A stretch of 52,451 bases of DNA from Octopus bimaculoides (GCF_001194135.2 NC_068983.1:153761352-153813802), one strand, 5' to 3'; positions 1-14,106 are shown, counted from the first letter of the stretch. Translations and numbers: made by a program. The notes: a model not told the origin generated them from the sequence alone.

Positions 1-13
1 TGTGTGTGTGTGT

Positions 14-191
14 GCGTCAGTGTTTGTTGTCCCACCATCGCTTGACAACTGATGTTGGTGTGTTTACTTCTATGTAACTTAGCGGTTCTGCAAATGAGAC
101 TGATAGAATAAGTACCAGGCTTACAAAGAATAAGTCCTGTTTAAGGTGGTGCTCCAGCATGACAGCAGTCAAATGACTGAAACAAGTAAAA

Positions 192-193
<2 letters not shown>
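14..193 (+). mobile_element. 3' half of a tRNA-derived SINE (same family as 37247-37677)
   Basis: Aligns by eye to 37487-37677 (catcgcttgac...ggtgtgtttac...gaataagtac.aggctt.caaagaataagtcctg...cagcatgac...gtcaaatgactgaaa). It follows a (TG)n run, as the full copy does. Confidence 0.8.
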
Positions 194-230
<37 letters not shown>

Positions 231-838
231 CAGAATTATGTATATACGTGTGATGTGCTTGTGCTTATATATATATATATATATATACATACACGCATGC
301 ATACATATGTATATGTGTATGAGTGTATATATTCATGGCTAAACAATATAGATTTTCATTTCTCATTCGATCATTTTACATTTCTGCATTAGTATTAATT
401 CATACCTAAAAATATTCTCCTATTCATTATTATGAGATTTCTTTTTTTCACACTATAACTGGTAACACTCTTATCCAGGAAATATGCATTGCATAATGAG
501 CATTTACAGCATATATTAACACGAGACTTTCGAAAACTATACGCTCCGTGTTTTCTTCTATGTAAGGGCATAAAGAAGGAAAGACACTCCATAGTTAATG
601 ATATACATACAAAGATTCACTTCCATTTTATCTGCGTGAATGTACTTCTCTTCCTCTCTCTCTCCCTCTATCTCTGTATATATAGATATATTTATTTGTG
701 TGTGTTTCTCTGTGTGTTTCTCTGTGTGTATGTATATAAAGTATATTCGTAAATACGTGTATGTATGTGTATGTATATGCATATATATATGCATATATAT
801 GTATACGCACCTGTATTTATATATATACATACACAAGC

Positions 839-885
<47 letters not shown>

Positions 886-935
886 AGTGTGTGTGTGTAG
901 GTATGTATGTATGTATATATACATATATATATAAG
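194..935. repeat. Compound (TA)n/(TG)n/(TATG)n microsatellite cluster
   Basis: Direct reading. Explains the YI/CV/HT-rich pseudo-ORFs at 489-998. Confidence 0.9.
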
Positions 936-1442
936 GACGAATTCATGCATATGCATCTCAAGATACAAATATCTGTTTGACTGTATCATTTTAATCATTA
1001 TCGTTTCCTGACGTCATTGTCTCACTATATTATTTTTAACTTCTGCTCCTCCCACCCTCCCACACGCCACTCTCTTTCCAACTCCCTTTCTACTTGATTC
1101 ACACTACTCCATTTCTCTCTTTCGCTTTCCACACCTTCGCTTCTTCATTAACTATTTTTATTCCTCTTCTCTCCCTCCCCCTTGTTTGTACTATCTTTAT
1201 ATTTATCTCTATTGTAATCTCTACGATTCTGCCTTTCTCTGTTCCAATCACAGTTCCCTTTATCAAACTCTCTTTTGCACTCTACTTCACCGATCTGTGG
1301 CATCATTTCATACCATGCTGATTGTGAAGTGCATAGAGGAAAGTCAGCTAATTAAGAACCGTTAGTTAATTACATTTTCAGCAGTCATTCGACCACATGA
1401 TTGAAACACCCATCGTCTCCAACATAAATCTTAGTCAGAAAC

Positions 1443-1444
1443 CG

Positions 1445-1476
<32 letters not shown>

Positions 1477-1685
1477 CGCACACGCATACACACACACAAA
1501 GACGCACATTCACACAGAAGGTTTACGCATATAAACACGTACACACATAATCATGTATGCTCATTCATCCGTTCAACCATCCATACACAGTCCCACACAG
1601 AGTGACATTATTGGTATGTATGTATGTATGTATGTATGTATGTATGTATGTATGTGTGTATGTGTGTGTATATGCATGTATGTGT
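1443..1685. repeat. (CA)n and (TATG)n microsatellites
   Basis: Direct reading. Confidence 0.9.
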
Positions 1686-1801
1686 GAATGAATAAATGAA
1701 AGTATGAGCTGTTCACTGTTCGAGTGAATGCTAATCACCAGCGGCTCGTTGTTCCGTTCACCGGGTCGATTGACAAAGATAACTGTAATAAGAAAAGAAC
1801 G

Positions 1802-1806
1802 ATGAA

Positions 1807-1841
<35 letters not shown>

Positions 1842-2100
1842 CGATGATGATGATGATGGTGATGAATGATGAGCAGGTGGAGGAGGTACAGGTGGACGGC
1901 ATCAACCATGATGTACGATGGTGGTCATGGTTTAACAACGACAATAAAGATCGGCGTTACACAAACAACTACAGACGCATCAACAATAACAATAACAACA
2001 TCATGGACAGCAACAACTGCAGCAGCTGCAGCAACTATAACAGTAAGGATGCTACTAACAATATTAATAATTGGAATAGCAATTGCAAATGATGATGATG

Positions 2101-2131
<31 letters not shown>

Positions 2132-2230
2132 GGAGGAGGATGAGGAGGAGGATTATGATGATGATGTTGATGATGATGATGATTGTTGTTGTTGTGGTGG
2201 TGGTGGTGGTGGTGATGATGATGATGTTGT

Positions 2231-2262
<32 letters not shown>

Positions 2263-2526
2263 ATGATGATGATGGTGATGGTGATGATGATGATGATGAA
2301 GATGGTGAATGATGAGCAGGTGGAGGAGGTACAGGTGGACGGCATCAACCATGATGTACGATGGTGGTCATGGTTTAACAACGACAATAAAGATCGGCGT
2401 TACACAAACAACTACAGACGCATCGACAATAACAAGTATGATGATGACGATGATGATAACGATGATGAGAACGATGATGATGAGGAGGGTGAAGACGACG
2501 ACGATGACGACGACGACGACGACGAC

Positions 2527-2572
<46 letters not shown>

Positions 2573-2578
2573 TTGATG
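1802..2578. repeat. (GAT)n/(GGT)n/(GAC)n trinucleotide mosaic containing a 119-bp exact direct duplication (1863-1981 = 2306-2424)
   Basis: Direct reading. The poly-D, poly-M and poly-H ORFs here are repeat translations. Confidence 0.9.
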
Positions 2579-2582
2579 AAAC

Positions 2583-3066
2583 CGCAGAGATTGGCGAAGT
2601 CGGAGATTAGCAAAATCTTCTTGGATTTCCCAAACCAAACAGACCAGGTGAGAGAGCATAACAGAGTAAAAGTAGTGGTAGGAAAACGCACCAAATATGG
2701 TATATAGATGATGTTGCATGCCCTTTTGACCCACGAATAGTTAAGAAGGAAAGCAAAACGATAGATACAACCCTCTGAAATACGAAATAACCCAGCTATG
2801 GAAAATGAAGAAGGTGAAGATAGTGCCAATTATTATTGGGTTCTTGGGGACAGTATCAGAAGGCATCAAGAGTAACATAAAGGAAATTTGAATAGAATGC
2901 TCAGTGGTACTGTTACAAAGGGTTTGCCTTCTTGGACAGCATAATCAGGAAAGATTTAGCTGAAAAGAACAAATAGCATGCTACCATTGGCTGCAGGTAA
3001 GAAGCCCCTTACGGATGCAAGACTCCAGGAGCTCCGACCACACCTGTGATAAAGAAAATAATAATA
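2583..3066 (+). mobile_element. R4/Dong-clade non-LTR retrotransposon 3' end (restriction-like endonuclease domain, 3' UTR, AAT tail), decayed
   Basis: Frameshifted translation gives IFLDFPNQTDQVREHNR..VVV..IDDVACPFDPRIVKKES...LKYEITQLWKMKKVKIVPIIIG.LGTV, the PD..D-type RLE region. It ends in aaaataataataag. Confidence 0.8.
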
Positions 3067-3077
3067 AGAAGAAGATG

Positions 3078-3130
3078 AAGAATGATGATGATGATGATGA
3101 TTATGATAATAATAATAGTAATAATAATGA

Positions 3131-3207
<77 letters not shown>
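3078..3207. repeat. (GAT)n-(AAT)n-(ACT)n-(AAT)n microsatellite
   Basis: Direct reading. Confidence 0.95.
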
Positions 3208-3743
3208 GGGAACTATGTACGCTGAAAGCTGTGTCAACACTGTGGTATAACAACAGAAAGAAGACGGTATAGGCACAGGCCAGAAAATGGTCACAGAAAA
3301 CGAGGAAGTAACCACACTCTGGGATATTCTAATACACAGAGACAGAGAAATTAGGCCGGATATAGTTCTCAAAAAATATGCTTTCTAATTGATGTATCAA
3401 TACTAACAGATAACAATGTTTCTCTAAAAGTAACGGACATACTTTCAAAATACAAAGACCTGGAAATAGAAGTAACTCGAATTTGGAGTTTAAAACCAGA
3501 AACAAGTCCAATCATAGTAGGCGCATTAGGTATGATAAAAAAATATTCAGGCAAATTTATAACAAGAACACCAGGACTTACAACTATGCATCCTACGTAA
3601 AATAATTTAAACCGAGTAAAAATGAGAGCATCACAGTAAACCACAGCACATACCCAAGGCACACAGATCTGCGTTCGGTAGTACAGTGAAAGGAAGAGAT
3701 AAAAATACGACTACTGAATAATAACAGTAATAATAATAATAAT
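3208..3743 (+). mobile_element. Second R4/Dong-clade LINE 3' end (different subfamily), flanked by (AAT)n
   Basis: Frameshifted LCQHCGITTERR.YRHRPE.VTENEEVTTLWDI.IH.DREI..RPDIVL..FLIDVSI.TDNNVSLK..DILSKYKDLEIEVTRIWSLKPET.PIIVGALGMIKK gives the RLE motif RPDI..IDVS. Confidence 0.8.
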
Positions 3744-3750
3744 GGTGGTG

Positions 3751-3781
<31 letters not shown>

Positions 3782-3782
3782 A

Positions 3783-5330
3783 TTCCAGCTGCAAGAGACC
3801 AGCACACACGGTGTAGATAGAACAAACAAGCCAATGCTGTGGTCATGGAGTATTACTACATGAGCAACCCTGTGGACGAAAATGTTGTTCATATTAGGGG
3901 ATACCGACAGCGTATCTATCATCAATGGAGAGAAAGAGGATTGTTTCAACTCAGATTATGTGATCAAGTTAGAGCAATAAGTAAAAAATCGCTGTTTCAC
4001 AGAAGTAGAGCTCGTAGCTATCAAAAGACGAGTATTGGAAAACCGCAAGAGAGGAAACGATGAAAATACAGTTCTTATTGATAAAAGTAGTCTCATAGCA
4101 GGAAACAGGGGTGAGATCACTAATAAACTACAGGAATGGAATAGTGGCAGCTTGCCCGATGAGCTGGCAAATAAATGGCGCGGAAGAAGATAATAAAAGT
4201 AATGGTGACAGATGGGCAAAATGCAATCTACGATAGAATAAGGGCAAGGCTGAAGGAGAACGATAGCAACATTATTTGCAACCTTAAAAAAGGGTGATCG
4301 GTGTAAATTGAACCAAGAATCGAACAACGTTAAAGAAATTCTGAAATATATCAGAACAAAATGCATCACAGAAACAAATAAATTCATTAAGTCAGTAAGT
4401 GTTGTTGTGCCAGAAAATGTGGGTGGTGATGTCAAGAAAAGAAACCTAATGGGAATGGCAAAAAAAAAAATATCCATGGTGGAAAAGAAGAATACAGGAA
4501 GGGTTAGACATGCTCTCAAAAGACATCTCTGTGTTAGACCGAAGAGAGAAAGGGGGAGCTTAAAAGAGAACAAAAATACAGGGCACTGAATAGGACTATG
4601 ATATTGAAAGAAAGGTCCTGAAAGTGGTCATGGTGGAACTGAAATAGCGCCTTGTTACAACGAAAGCAATGATGGTAAAATACAATCAAAGAATGAAGGG
4701 TTACCAGCAAAATAAGCTCTTCAGAGTAGATCATAACAGTTCTACAAAGAAATAAATGGAGAGTGCACAGATGAAAAGTTGATACTAGATAACATTGAAA
4801 TTCAAAGGTTTTGGAGTGACATCTCGAGCAAAGACAACGAGCACAAGAAGGATTCTGATTAGTTAAAAGAACTCAAACAAACAGTTCTCTGTCCAATACA
4901 TGCAGAACTAGTCATGAAGGAAATCAGCAAAACAAATAAGCAACTGGAAGACTAGTGATCACTTGATTTGGTGAATGCCATGCACGAATAGCTGTACAAC
5001 TCACCTTGTTAAATGCCGACCAAGTGACACCAGAATGGTTGACAATAACTAGGACACTGCTGTGCTTGAAAAAGACTGAAAAAGCCAATACTGTAGACAA
5101 TTACAGGCTGATATCCTGGTTGTCACGTATGTGGACGTTAGTGATTGGAATAGTCACAGAATCATTGTACAGACATCTGGAAAAAAAGGGAGTCTTGTCA
5201 CCAGAGTAGAAGGTTTGCAAGCTCACGTGCAGAGGTACCAAGAATAAGCTCATGGTAGAGAAAACTGTACTTAGAGACTGCAAGAGGGGGAAAACTAATT
5301 TAGCTATGTCATGACTAGATCTCAAGAGAA
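3783..5330 (+). mobile_element. R4/Dong-clade LINE 5' ORF region through RT subdomains 1-3, pseudogenised and 3'-truncated
   Basis: N-terminal VMEYYYMSNPVDENVVHIRGYRQRIYHQWRERGLF; middle QFYKEINGE..RFWSDI; RT start PEWLTITRTLLCLK...VDNYRLISWLSRMWTLVIGIVTESLYRHLE...CRGTKNKLMVEKTVLRDCKRGKTNLAMS. Many stops and frameshifts. Confidence 0.82.
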
Positions 5331-6282
5331 ATTGTTCCAGTAATAGCGACCCGGAATGCAAGAAAAACCTTCGTATGTCATGGTGACTATTACTAATTCA
5401 AAAACCAAAGCTGCTTTTTGTACAATGTGTCCCTGTGTTCAGTCTTGTGGGAATGTTTATCTCAGAAATTACGAGGAAACTAACCTGATTCATTGATCGG
5501 ACAAGATAAACACGAAAGTGTAGGAACTATAAACAATGTGTACATCCAGCGGATGGATAAACATTGAAATGATCTGTTATAAATGCGTAAATAATTCGTT
5601 TTAAACATTTTTAACAACAAATTAACAATGTCTAAAATGTTGGTCATTGGACAACATTAAACATAGGGAATATGAGCCCAATAAATATCAATAAGGAATA
5701 TACGCAAGATACAATAATGCATTTATGGAAGGGTGATTAAGATGTTCAGTTTGAAAATGCACTGGTTTAGTCACGTAATGCGATATTCTAGGTACATAAC
5801 TTCTACTACACCACAAGTTGACTAATCACATGAGTGATTTTGTAGTGTAAAACTATGGAATTCCTTTATATGTGTGTGTGAGTGAGTGAATGTGCAGAGG
5901 TGCATTTTTGAGTGTGGGTGTGTTTATCTTTTCTTTTTTCTTTTATCAGCTGTTAACCGCTGTTCGTTTGTTTGCATCAGTGTAATTTATTTGTGCAGCA
6001 AAAAAAGATCGATAAAATCAGACCTCAAAGAAAAGTTAACACTGTTGTTCTAATAAAGAGATGCAGACTGTTTTGTGTACGCTTTTATATATCGGTCGTG
6101 ATTATTTATAGAAGTTTATATAAGACGCTTTTGTAATAATACTCGTGATGAATATATATGTGACTAGGTGTTTTATATATACGTACAGAGTTTTACAATT
6201 CTTGGCTGAGACTTCCTTCTTTGGAGCATCTTATATCAACGAACTGGCACATTTTGATTATTGTTATTATTAGTGGGTGAGC

Positions 6283-6460
6283 TTCCAAAATCGTTAGCCA
6301 GACGAATAAAATGCGTAGCAGCATTTCTTCTGATTTTTTCTGTTCTGAATTGAAATCCCGTTTTCATCTTTTGTGGTTTGTGAAATTAGTACGTCTCAAA
6401 GACAGGGCGAATGTAATTGACTTGTAAAACTGCTGATTTCGTGCCAAAATTGGAAAGTGT
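6283..6460 (+). mobile_element. Degenerate tRNA-derived SINE
   Basis: gggtgagct..aaatcgttagc...aaaatgcgtagc...ttctgaattgaaatccc resembles the 24311-24540 and 38527 copies. Confidence 0.5.
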
Positions 6461-7542
6461 TATCATTGCATTTGCTTTTGTAATTGCCAATCTATTTTCA
6501 GTCCTAATCCAACGAAACCCAACCGCAATTATCCTTCAAATTAGATAAATTTTAAGGGGAGAAATATTGTTTGCAACGACTGACAACAGCAAAGAACAGA
6601 TTGCTGTGTTAGAGTACTTTATAATACAGGTCTATTCAATATGCGGTAAATGGCGGATAGAAAAAGAGTAACAATCAGCAAATACAAAGAAATTGCACAG
6701 TCTGATAAAAGCAATCGAACACGAACAATATAGAGTAAAGACATATTTATCATGAAAGCAATAAGAATTTAGAACAGAATGTACAAAAAGAAACGTGAAT
6801 TGGCTGAAAATCTTGTTACAGTGATTTTATGAAAACGACGTTATTAAATTGTATTTTGAAAAATGGTCCGTAGACTGAATCCAGTTTATATTTTAGCACA
6901 CACTCAAGAGTATATCAGATGATGGACAGAAATCAAATTGATAGCTATATGTACGTGAATAATGGTCCTTTCACGCGGGAAGCAAAGATTTGTTTAATAG
7001 ATTATACTAACCTTAGCATTTTGCTGGTAATTCTTTCATGTATCTCTGAAGTACAAAAAAACTTAATCGTACTTCGTGACATGTAAATTCCTGTTGATTA
7101 AGACGGATAAAAATCCTGCATCGCATTTAGACTGTCACTCTACTAATTCCGCTTAATAGACAACACGTGTAGCGTATCTAACGATGGTGTCAAAAATCTG
7201 AAACAAATGTATTGTATTAAAAACAACGCATGTGTTGTTGGTTATTCTTCTCGAACATTTTGTACTGATAATAACGGTAATACAGATACAAAAGTGCATA
7301 AATCATTGTAGAAAGGTTACATAGTTAGAAGATTGCTTTGCAACAAATTCAAATGTAATCTCGAAGTGCGGAGTCTTGAGTCATTAAACTCAAGTGTTTG
7401 AAGTTCTGTTATTGAGTTATATGGTCAATCCATCACTCAGTTTAACAATACCATATGTACATATGTGGCTTACGCGGATTCCATTCTGTTGCATGTTTCC
7501 TGGACAGATTACCGGTTTGAGTGTAATTTCTTTCTTCCTCAG

Positions 7543-7626
7543 TCATCAAAGTTTTGATAGAAAGCTTGCAACAGGATGTCAAATATTACAGGATCACCAG
7601 CGCAAAATACTTGAGTTACGACAAAA
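7543..7626 (+). CDS. Candidate internal exon of an unidentified host gene
   Basis: Acceptor tttctttcttcctcAG, donor AA|GTAATG, 84 bp, open in two frames (IKVLIESLQQDVKYYRITSAKYLSYDK or HQSFDRKLATGCQILQDHQRKILELRQ). No homology recognised. Confidence 0.3.
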
Positions 7627-7999
7627 GTAATGCATGCACATGGAAAGCAGTAACAACTAGATATAAAGGGTGGCTGTCATCAGAGATAGTAGATTAAAAC
7701 AGAAAGTGAAACGATGGAACATTATAACAATAATAGCCATTTTAAATCGACTGATTGTCAAAACCACTTATGAAATATATTGCCGCAGGAATAAAAACTA
7801 GAAAGCTTATAGATAAAAAAAAGTGAAATTATTAATTCCAATTTATTTGTAGCTTGTTTGACAGATATTTACTAAGAGTAAACCAGAAAGAATTCAAGCG
7901 ACTCTGTAAAAAAAAAAAATAAATAAAAACTTTTATATACTAGATATTTCTCTTATACAAACTTATTTCTAAGAGATGCAATGCAATATTTGAGAGTTC

Positions 8000-8700
8000 A
8001 TGCCGCATTCAAAGGAGGAAGCAATTCTTAAAACAAATTCCACAAGAATTATTAATAACGCATGAGTCAGACCAATCTAGTTCTCAGGTGGTTAAATGTT
8101 CATAAGAAGCTGTGTACGTCAATAATTTCCTTATTCACCTTATACTCGTCATAAGAATGCTAACAAGGTGCATGAATATCTGTAAATTGGAATAACATGT
8201 CAGATGGGATACAGTTTGGTGCACCGTCGTACTTGGCAGAGAAGATCAATTATTTATAGGTAAACTCTCCAGTGGGAATATAAAAGACAACTGTATGGAA
8301 GGTCGATGTAAATCAGACACATTGTATATAATATATTGCACTATGACTTGAGAGTTTGAGTATTTGTAGGCGTGAATTGTTGTATCATTGTAGAACAGAT
8401 ATGCTGATAGTGGTTTAGCACCAAGTTATCTCTCCTCCATTAATCAAACCATATGATCAAAATATTTCTCTCCATAATCGACACTTAAGTTTTACAAAAC
8501 ATTGAGAAAGTAAGGTTTGTTTTGCGGGTGATGTGACTGCTGGTTTTAGCCATTTGAGTTACAATGAGCTTCAAACTAATTCGCAAAAATGTAACATTTC
8601 TAGACAAATGTACAGAGTCAATGTCTGTGGATGACATCACTCTAGCATAACATAAGCGAAACATCACTCTTAACTCCTATATCTATCATAACAAAAAGCC
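8000..8700 (-). mobile_element. Possible very old hAT (Charlie-like) transposase remnant
   Basis: Weak scattered motifs on the minus strand: HLSRNVTFLRI (cf. PLSRNTV.RRI), DGAPN (cf. TDGAP), DVHSF..TFNHLR. Heavily decayed. Confidence 0.3.
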
Positions 8701-11700
8701 TTCCAGCAGTGACCTTAATAATTTTACAAACACTGTCTATGTAATTCGACATCACTCACATGCATATTCTTTTTAAGGAGTTATGTTTGAGGAGTGAAAT
8801 ACTCATAATTTGCTTCTCTTTTCCTTAGAGATCTTATCACTACTTAGAACATTTCTCATTGATTGCTTAGATGCGTTTTGTATTTTGGTCGCAAGCCATA
8901 AGAAGCATTGGTATTGTTTTTCTTTTATATTTTGTTTTATTTTTGCTTCATTTAACCCTACACTCATCTATATTCACCACCGCTCAACGAATTTCTCCAA
9001 AAACACACAACACTTCCCTTACATTTCTTCCGGCAAAGAGGATTGCTATTCTAAGGGACCCCCTTTCTCAAATTGGCTTTTGCTCACAATTATTTGTTCT
9101 CTATAACATTCCAGACAGATGAAAATTCTCCAGAAATTGAGTATTAAGAAACCGCAATTAGTTATATTCCCAGACGGCATCACTGATCCCCCCAACACAC
9201 AGACCCTAATATTCTTGTATTCTTTCTCACCGCCAAAGCACAAACTTCAGCATACCAACCTCATTCATGCCACTATTTCATATTTCCTATCCATTTAACG
9301 TCAGACTTTACACTGTATATTTGGAAAATATTCTCCAAAACTGTCATTTCCCACTTCTCCAAACGCATGATCCCATTACGGAGGACATTGTTAGATACAT
9401 AAACGCAAATATATTATAAAGTTCGTATCTTAGCAGAGACTAATCAACGAATTTTGAAAACTTTATAACAGAAGGTAATTACTATTATGAACAAAAACAA
9501 CTTTTAAATGCAATATTTCTTAACAATGAATGTAACAAAATTTACAAAGTAAAACTTATCACAAGCAATTCACATTATGTGTGTGGCAGAGTTAATTAAA
9601 AGCTTCATCTAGTAAAGGTTTAAAGAAAAACAGGAAGTTAAGTCGTACGTAACATCATAAATGTTATGGGACAGAACATTAAATGACGTGAAACGAAAAA
9701 GAAAACTATTAAATTAATGATTATTTCTATTCAAGAAAAGTAGAGATGACAATGCAGAAATTAAATTTTATTGAAATTATATATGAAATATTGTTCTTTG
9801 GGCATCATAAATTTGACAAGTATGGCTACAAGTCATGTTTAATCCATATGAAACCTGAACAGACAAGCGTAGCGTTTAGCAATCTTAAGGTGATACGTTA
9901 GATTGAAAATACACATAAATGCGTGGATGTTTCAATTAATAAAGATGTGAAATTGCTCATGGATATATTCTACATGACAACTACGAATGATAATGGTGGA
10001 GAGTAATCAAGTACTTGATTATCATAACTCTACAATAACAAATTCAAAAACTGAATGGTAAAGCACGCTTTGGCTGAATTTGAACGCTTACTATAAAGGG
10101 CAGCAACAGAATGTGTTTATAGAAGTAATTTGTGGTGGAAACGATCTATTCAATTGTAGTCTCTAAATTGTTTGGATTTGTGTCTTTATTAGAAAACATA
10201 TTGAAAATGTTGTTTTCAGAGTTGAATCTATGAATGCGCATTGATTAAATGCTCTAAACTATATAATTTCGTGTCTGCCTTTTCTACATCCAAATGACAC
10301 TACGATTAGTGCTGATTTCTATGCCTAATCGAATAATAAGCAATGATACAATTCGTATTTTACAGTCAGGCTCGACAAATCAACATTTCCATTGCATATC
10401 TATGATTCTCGTCACCGTTTTGAATTGTTATCCACTTATAGGAAATGATTCCAAACATTTGCGCTGTTGTTCGATTGAAAATTATATGTTTATGTACCAA
10501 ACCCTAGGAGTTTATTTGTGTAGTTTTCCTTCATTTTTTGAACATCAACATTTTTTTAATAATACTATATTTTTGTACCAATAGAAAATCCCATTAAAGC
10601 CTCATGCTAATACATTCATAATGCTTTGTATATCATCGATTATAATAACTATCAATATATTCATAAATTCAAATATTTTGCTACCGCCGTTGGAATATTC
10701 CTTGTCTTAAGGCAGAAGATTAATTCCTTAGGTATGCTTTTGAATAACCGGGTTAATTCAGTGGAGAGTTTGTATTTTTCTAACATCCTGTTTGATAAGT
10801 CGTTGAATTATTTTAATACATTACATACCTTCTGTTTCAACTCAACTCTTTTTGTAATTTCAGAGAACTCTAGCGAACATTCTGCAGAAACTTTAAATAT
10901 ATAGTTAGTAACATCCGTTATTGAGTTTCACAGTATGGAGTAATTGTATACTACACATGGCATCCCTAAGCTGCGTAAAACGCGATTAGCTTTGTTCTGA
11001 ATTAATAAGAATGTCGAAGTAATAGTGCGAAGAAACTCCAGGGTTCCCGATAACTGAATTTATTTATCTCAGTCTTCATGGATTACTATACACTCTTAAT
11101 AAACACGTAGAATATAGAGTGTTGTAGAATAATATATTAAAACTCTGGCTCACCAAATCCATAACACAGTTTCAAAACCCAACGGTAGAAATAAAGTTTC
11201 AGCTTACGCTCTTTGCAATTACTTCAAAGGAAAGTCTAACGCCAGAATGTGCAAGCCTTGTATTTCATATCTTTTCATATTTCATAATAGTTGATATTTG
11301 TCTCAGAAACAGTTTATAGATAAAAGAATACGAAATGTCAAATATCAACAACGGAAAAGAAATATTGTAGAGAATGCATTTTGCGATACTTATGATTCAA
11401 CAAAGATATTATTTTTAGTATGTATAATAAGATTGAAAACATAGGATGCAAAATAGGTGATACACACTTGCTACGAAAATTGATTTCGTTGTTACTGCTA
11501 ATAAATAAATGATTACCAAATTCCGAAATGCAATTTAGGCATTCAAAATGCTAGGAAGCACATCCGCAGAGGATATGATTGGAATCCTAGATTTATTTGT
11601 TTAAAAAAAAAAGAATATTAACACAATATGTATAGTGTTTAAAACCATGAAACGCTGAGACGAGAATTATATCAAGAATGTCCTCATTGCCATTCGAGAT

Positions 11701-11732
11701 GTAAATCCTTCGAAACCCATAAAAAGTTACTC

Positions 11733-11747
11733 TGTGTGTGTGTGTGT

Positions 11748-11838
<91 letters not shown>

Positions 11839-11916
11839 TGTGTTTGTGTGTGCATGTATACATCTCTCTCTCTCTCTCTCTCTGTATATATATATATGAA
11901 TATATACATATATATT

Positions 11917-11975
<59 letters not shown>

Positions 11976-11985
11976 CATTCACTAT
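11733..11985. repeat. Compound microsatellite (TG)n-(TC)n-(TA)n-(CA)n-(TA)n
   Basis: Direct reading. Confidence 0.95.
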
Positions 11986-12180
11986 GAGGATATTTGAATC
12001 TCTTATGGGGATAGTTTGACCAAGGATATTATAAAACATAAAATATTATTAATAAGCCTGAAAATGGAGAGATTCAATGGATATATATTACTTTATTAAT
12101 TAACATTGCCTACAATTGCTTCACATCACACACAATTTAAATTACAAGACATTTATAATAATCTAAGTTTGCATTTTAAG

Positions 12181-12224
12181 TACCCTGGCTAGAAGATCAT
12201 CAGGGCAAATTGGACATCACAGAG
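12181..12224 (+). CDS. Candidate 44-bp exon (PWLEDHQGKLDITE)
   Basis: Acceptor tttgcattttaAG, donor GAG|GTAACA. Phase-compatible with 7543-7626. No homology recognised. Confidence 0.3.
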
Positions 12225-12304
12225 GTAACATTTTGATCAGTTGAAATACTCCAACAGACTGAGTAGATTCAAGCGTGTTTATTGTGTTTTTGTGTGCGTG
12301 TGTA

Positions 12305-12336
<32 letters not shown>

Positions 12337-14102
12337 TAAGTGTATATATATGTATGCATGCGGCAATATTTTAATTTCTATAAATGTTGTGTCGACGCCC
12401 CCATGTGAAGGAGTAATATCTCCCAAGACATATAAATAGAGGTAGTATGGCCATGATAGGTGTGTTGTGTAGCGGTTGAGTAGAGATGATCCGAAGGTGC
12501 TAGATAGCAGTAGCTTGAGATATAACAATAAACATTGATATCCACGTTTTGTAAAAATACTATTTCATTTTTATTATATTTATATATTAATATATTTCAT
12601 TACTTTTATTATTTAGTATTAATCTTAATTTTCATCCTTTATGTAATTCTTATATACTTTAAGTCATTATTATTTTTGCATATAAATAAAAATAAAAGTA
12701 TTAACACACACGCATACACAAAAAAAACGCGCTTGCATTTGCTTAATTTCTTGGAGTATTCAATTGATCAAAATGTAAACTCTGTAATGCCCATTTTGCC
12801 CTGAAGATCTTCCACCCGGGATACTGAAAATGCAAACTTATATTATTATATGTTTTCGAATTTAAACAGGGTGTAGAGTGAAACAGTAGTCGGCAATGTT
12901 AATTAATTAATTTATTTATTTATTTATACCCATTGAATCCCTCCATTTTCAAACTTACATATACACACCCATATATATATATATATATATATATAAAGCA
13001 CACCACACGCCTACATGCACAAACTCTCACACACCAAATTATGTGTGTATGTTTATAATGGCATTTATTTGGCTTCCGTAAAATTCTTTGGATGTTGGTT
13101 TTGTGCATCAGCCTCTCCGCCTTTTATGAAAACACGTTATGATTATTTTATTCATCACTACACATAACAAAATCAGTACGAAACGACAATTAAATGAAAC
13201 CTAAACAAAAACTAATATATACAAATGTTCACTAAACTGCCAGAGAAATGACACAGACCATATTGAGTTATGATGACCTGCCAATGTCATTACTTTTTGT
13301 AATTCAGGATTGATGGTGAAGATCTAACAGCCTTGACACGTAAATTCCTGTGTTGTATTGTTGCATAGTATCATATTATGGAAAGACTAGTTCGGACAAT
13401 TGAACAGTATTTCATTTCACGCATGACATTTCGACTGATATTCCATTACCCACCTGGCCTGGAATATCATATCGAATCGTCATTATACGCCTCAATTGAT
13501 ATGATTTCATGGGATTTCATTACACGCCCGATAGGCTTTTGGTAGTTGATAAGATCAAAATGTATTTCCTTTCTTCTCGTTTTCTTGTTACGATAGAAAG
13601 AGCCAGCATAGTAACATTACTTTCAATACTAATACGATACCCAACACCACCTCCACTATAACAGCAGTGATATTTAGACGATTCAGATTACCAAACATCG
13701 CTGATATAAAGAAACGTTAAAAACAAATGGGAATAAACACAATGCAATATTCTGAGTGATTATTTTTTAAAGCAAGAATAACAAAATATACAGAGTTTAT
13801 ATTTGCCTAACGTTTTTAGGGTTAATCGATGATATAAAGAAACAAAATGGAAACAAAATACACATATTTTAGATGAATTGCATGATAAAAATTGCAGTCT
13901 AAATATTGTGACGGGAAAAAATAGATAAATCAAAAGCAATAATGTCATTTTGAAACGTCTAAATCAATATATATATCTGAATTTACAACACCATTACATG
14001 ACTGAATGAATAAAAAATTCAGAATATTTTTATGTATCTGATTGGCACTTCTTATCTACCGTGCCTATTTCCATCCCCCGTCATACACTCTAGTTTTCTT
14101 TC

Positions 14103-14106
<4 letters not shown>

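Noticed and set aside
395-2829. Many 60-175 aa ORFs with poly-D/M/H/I or YI/CV/HT repeats
   Set aside because: They are translations of di-, tri- and tetranucleotide microsatellites, open in several frames on both strands.
9046-11100. Possible L1/Tx1-like coding remnants on the minus strand
   Set aside because: Only vague compositional resemblance, with no diagnostic motif that I could align.
13369-13720. Short open frames near a strong polypyrimidine acceptor at ~13596
   Set aside because: Splicing options give stops or inconsistent phases, there is no recognisable homology, and they are within chance expectation.
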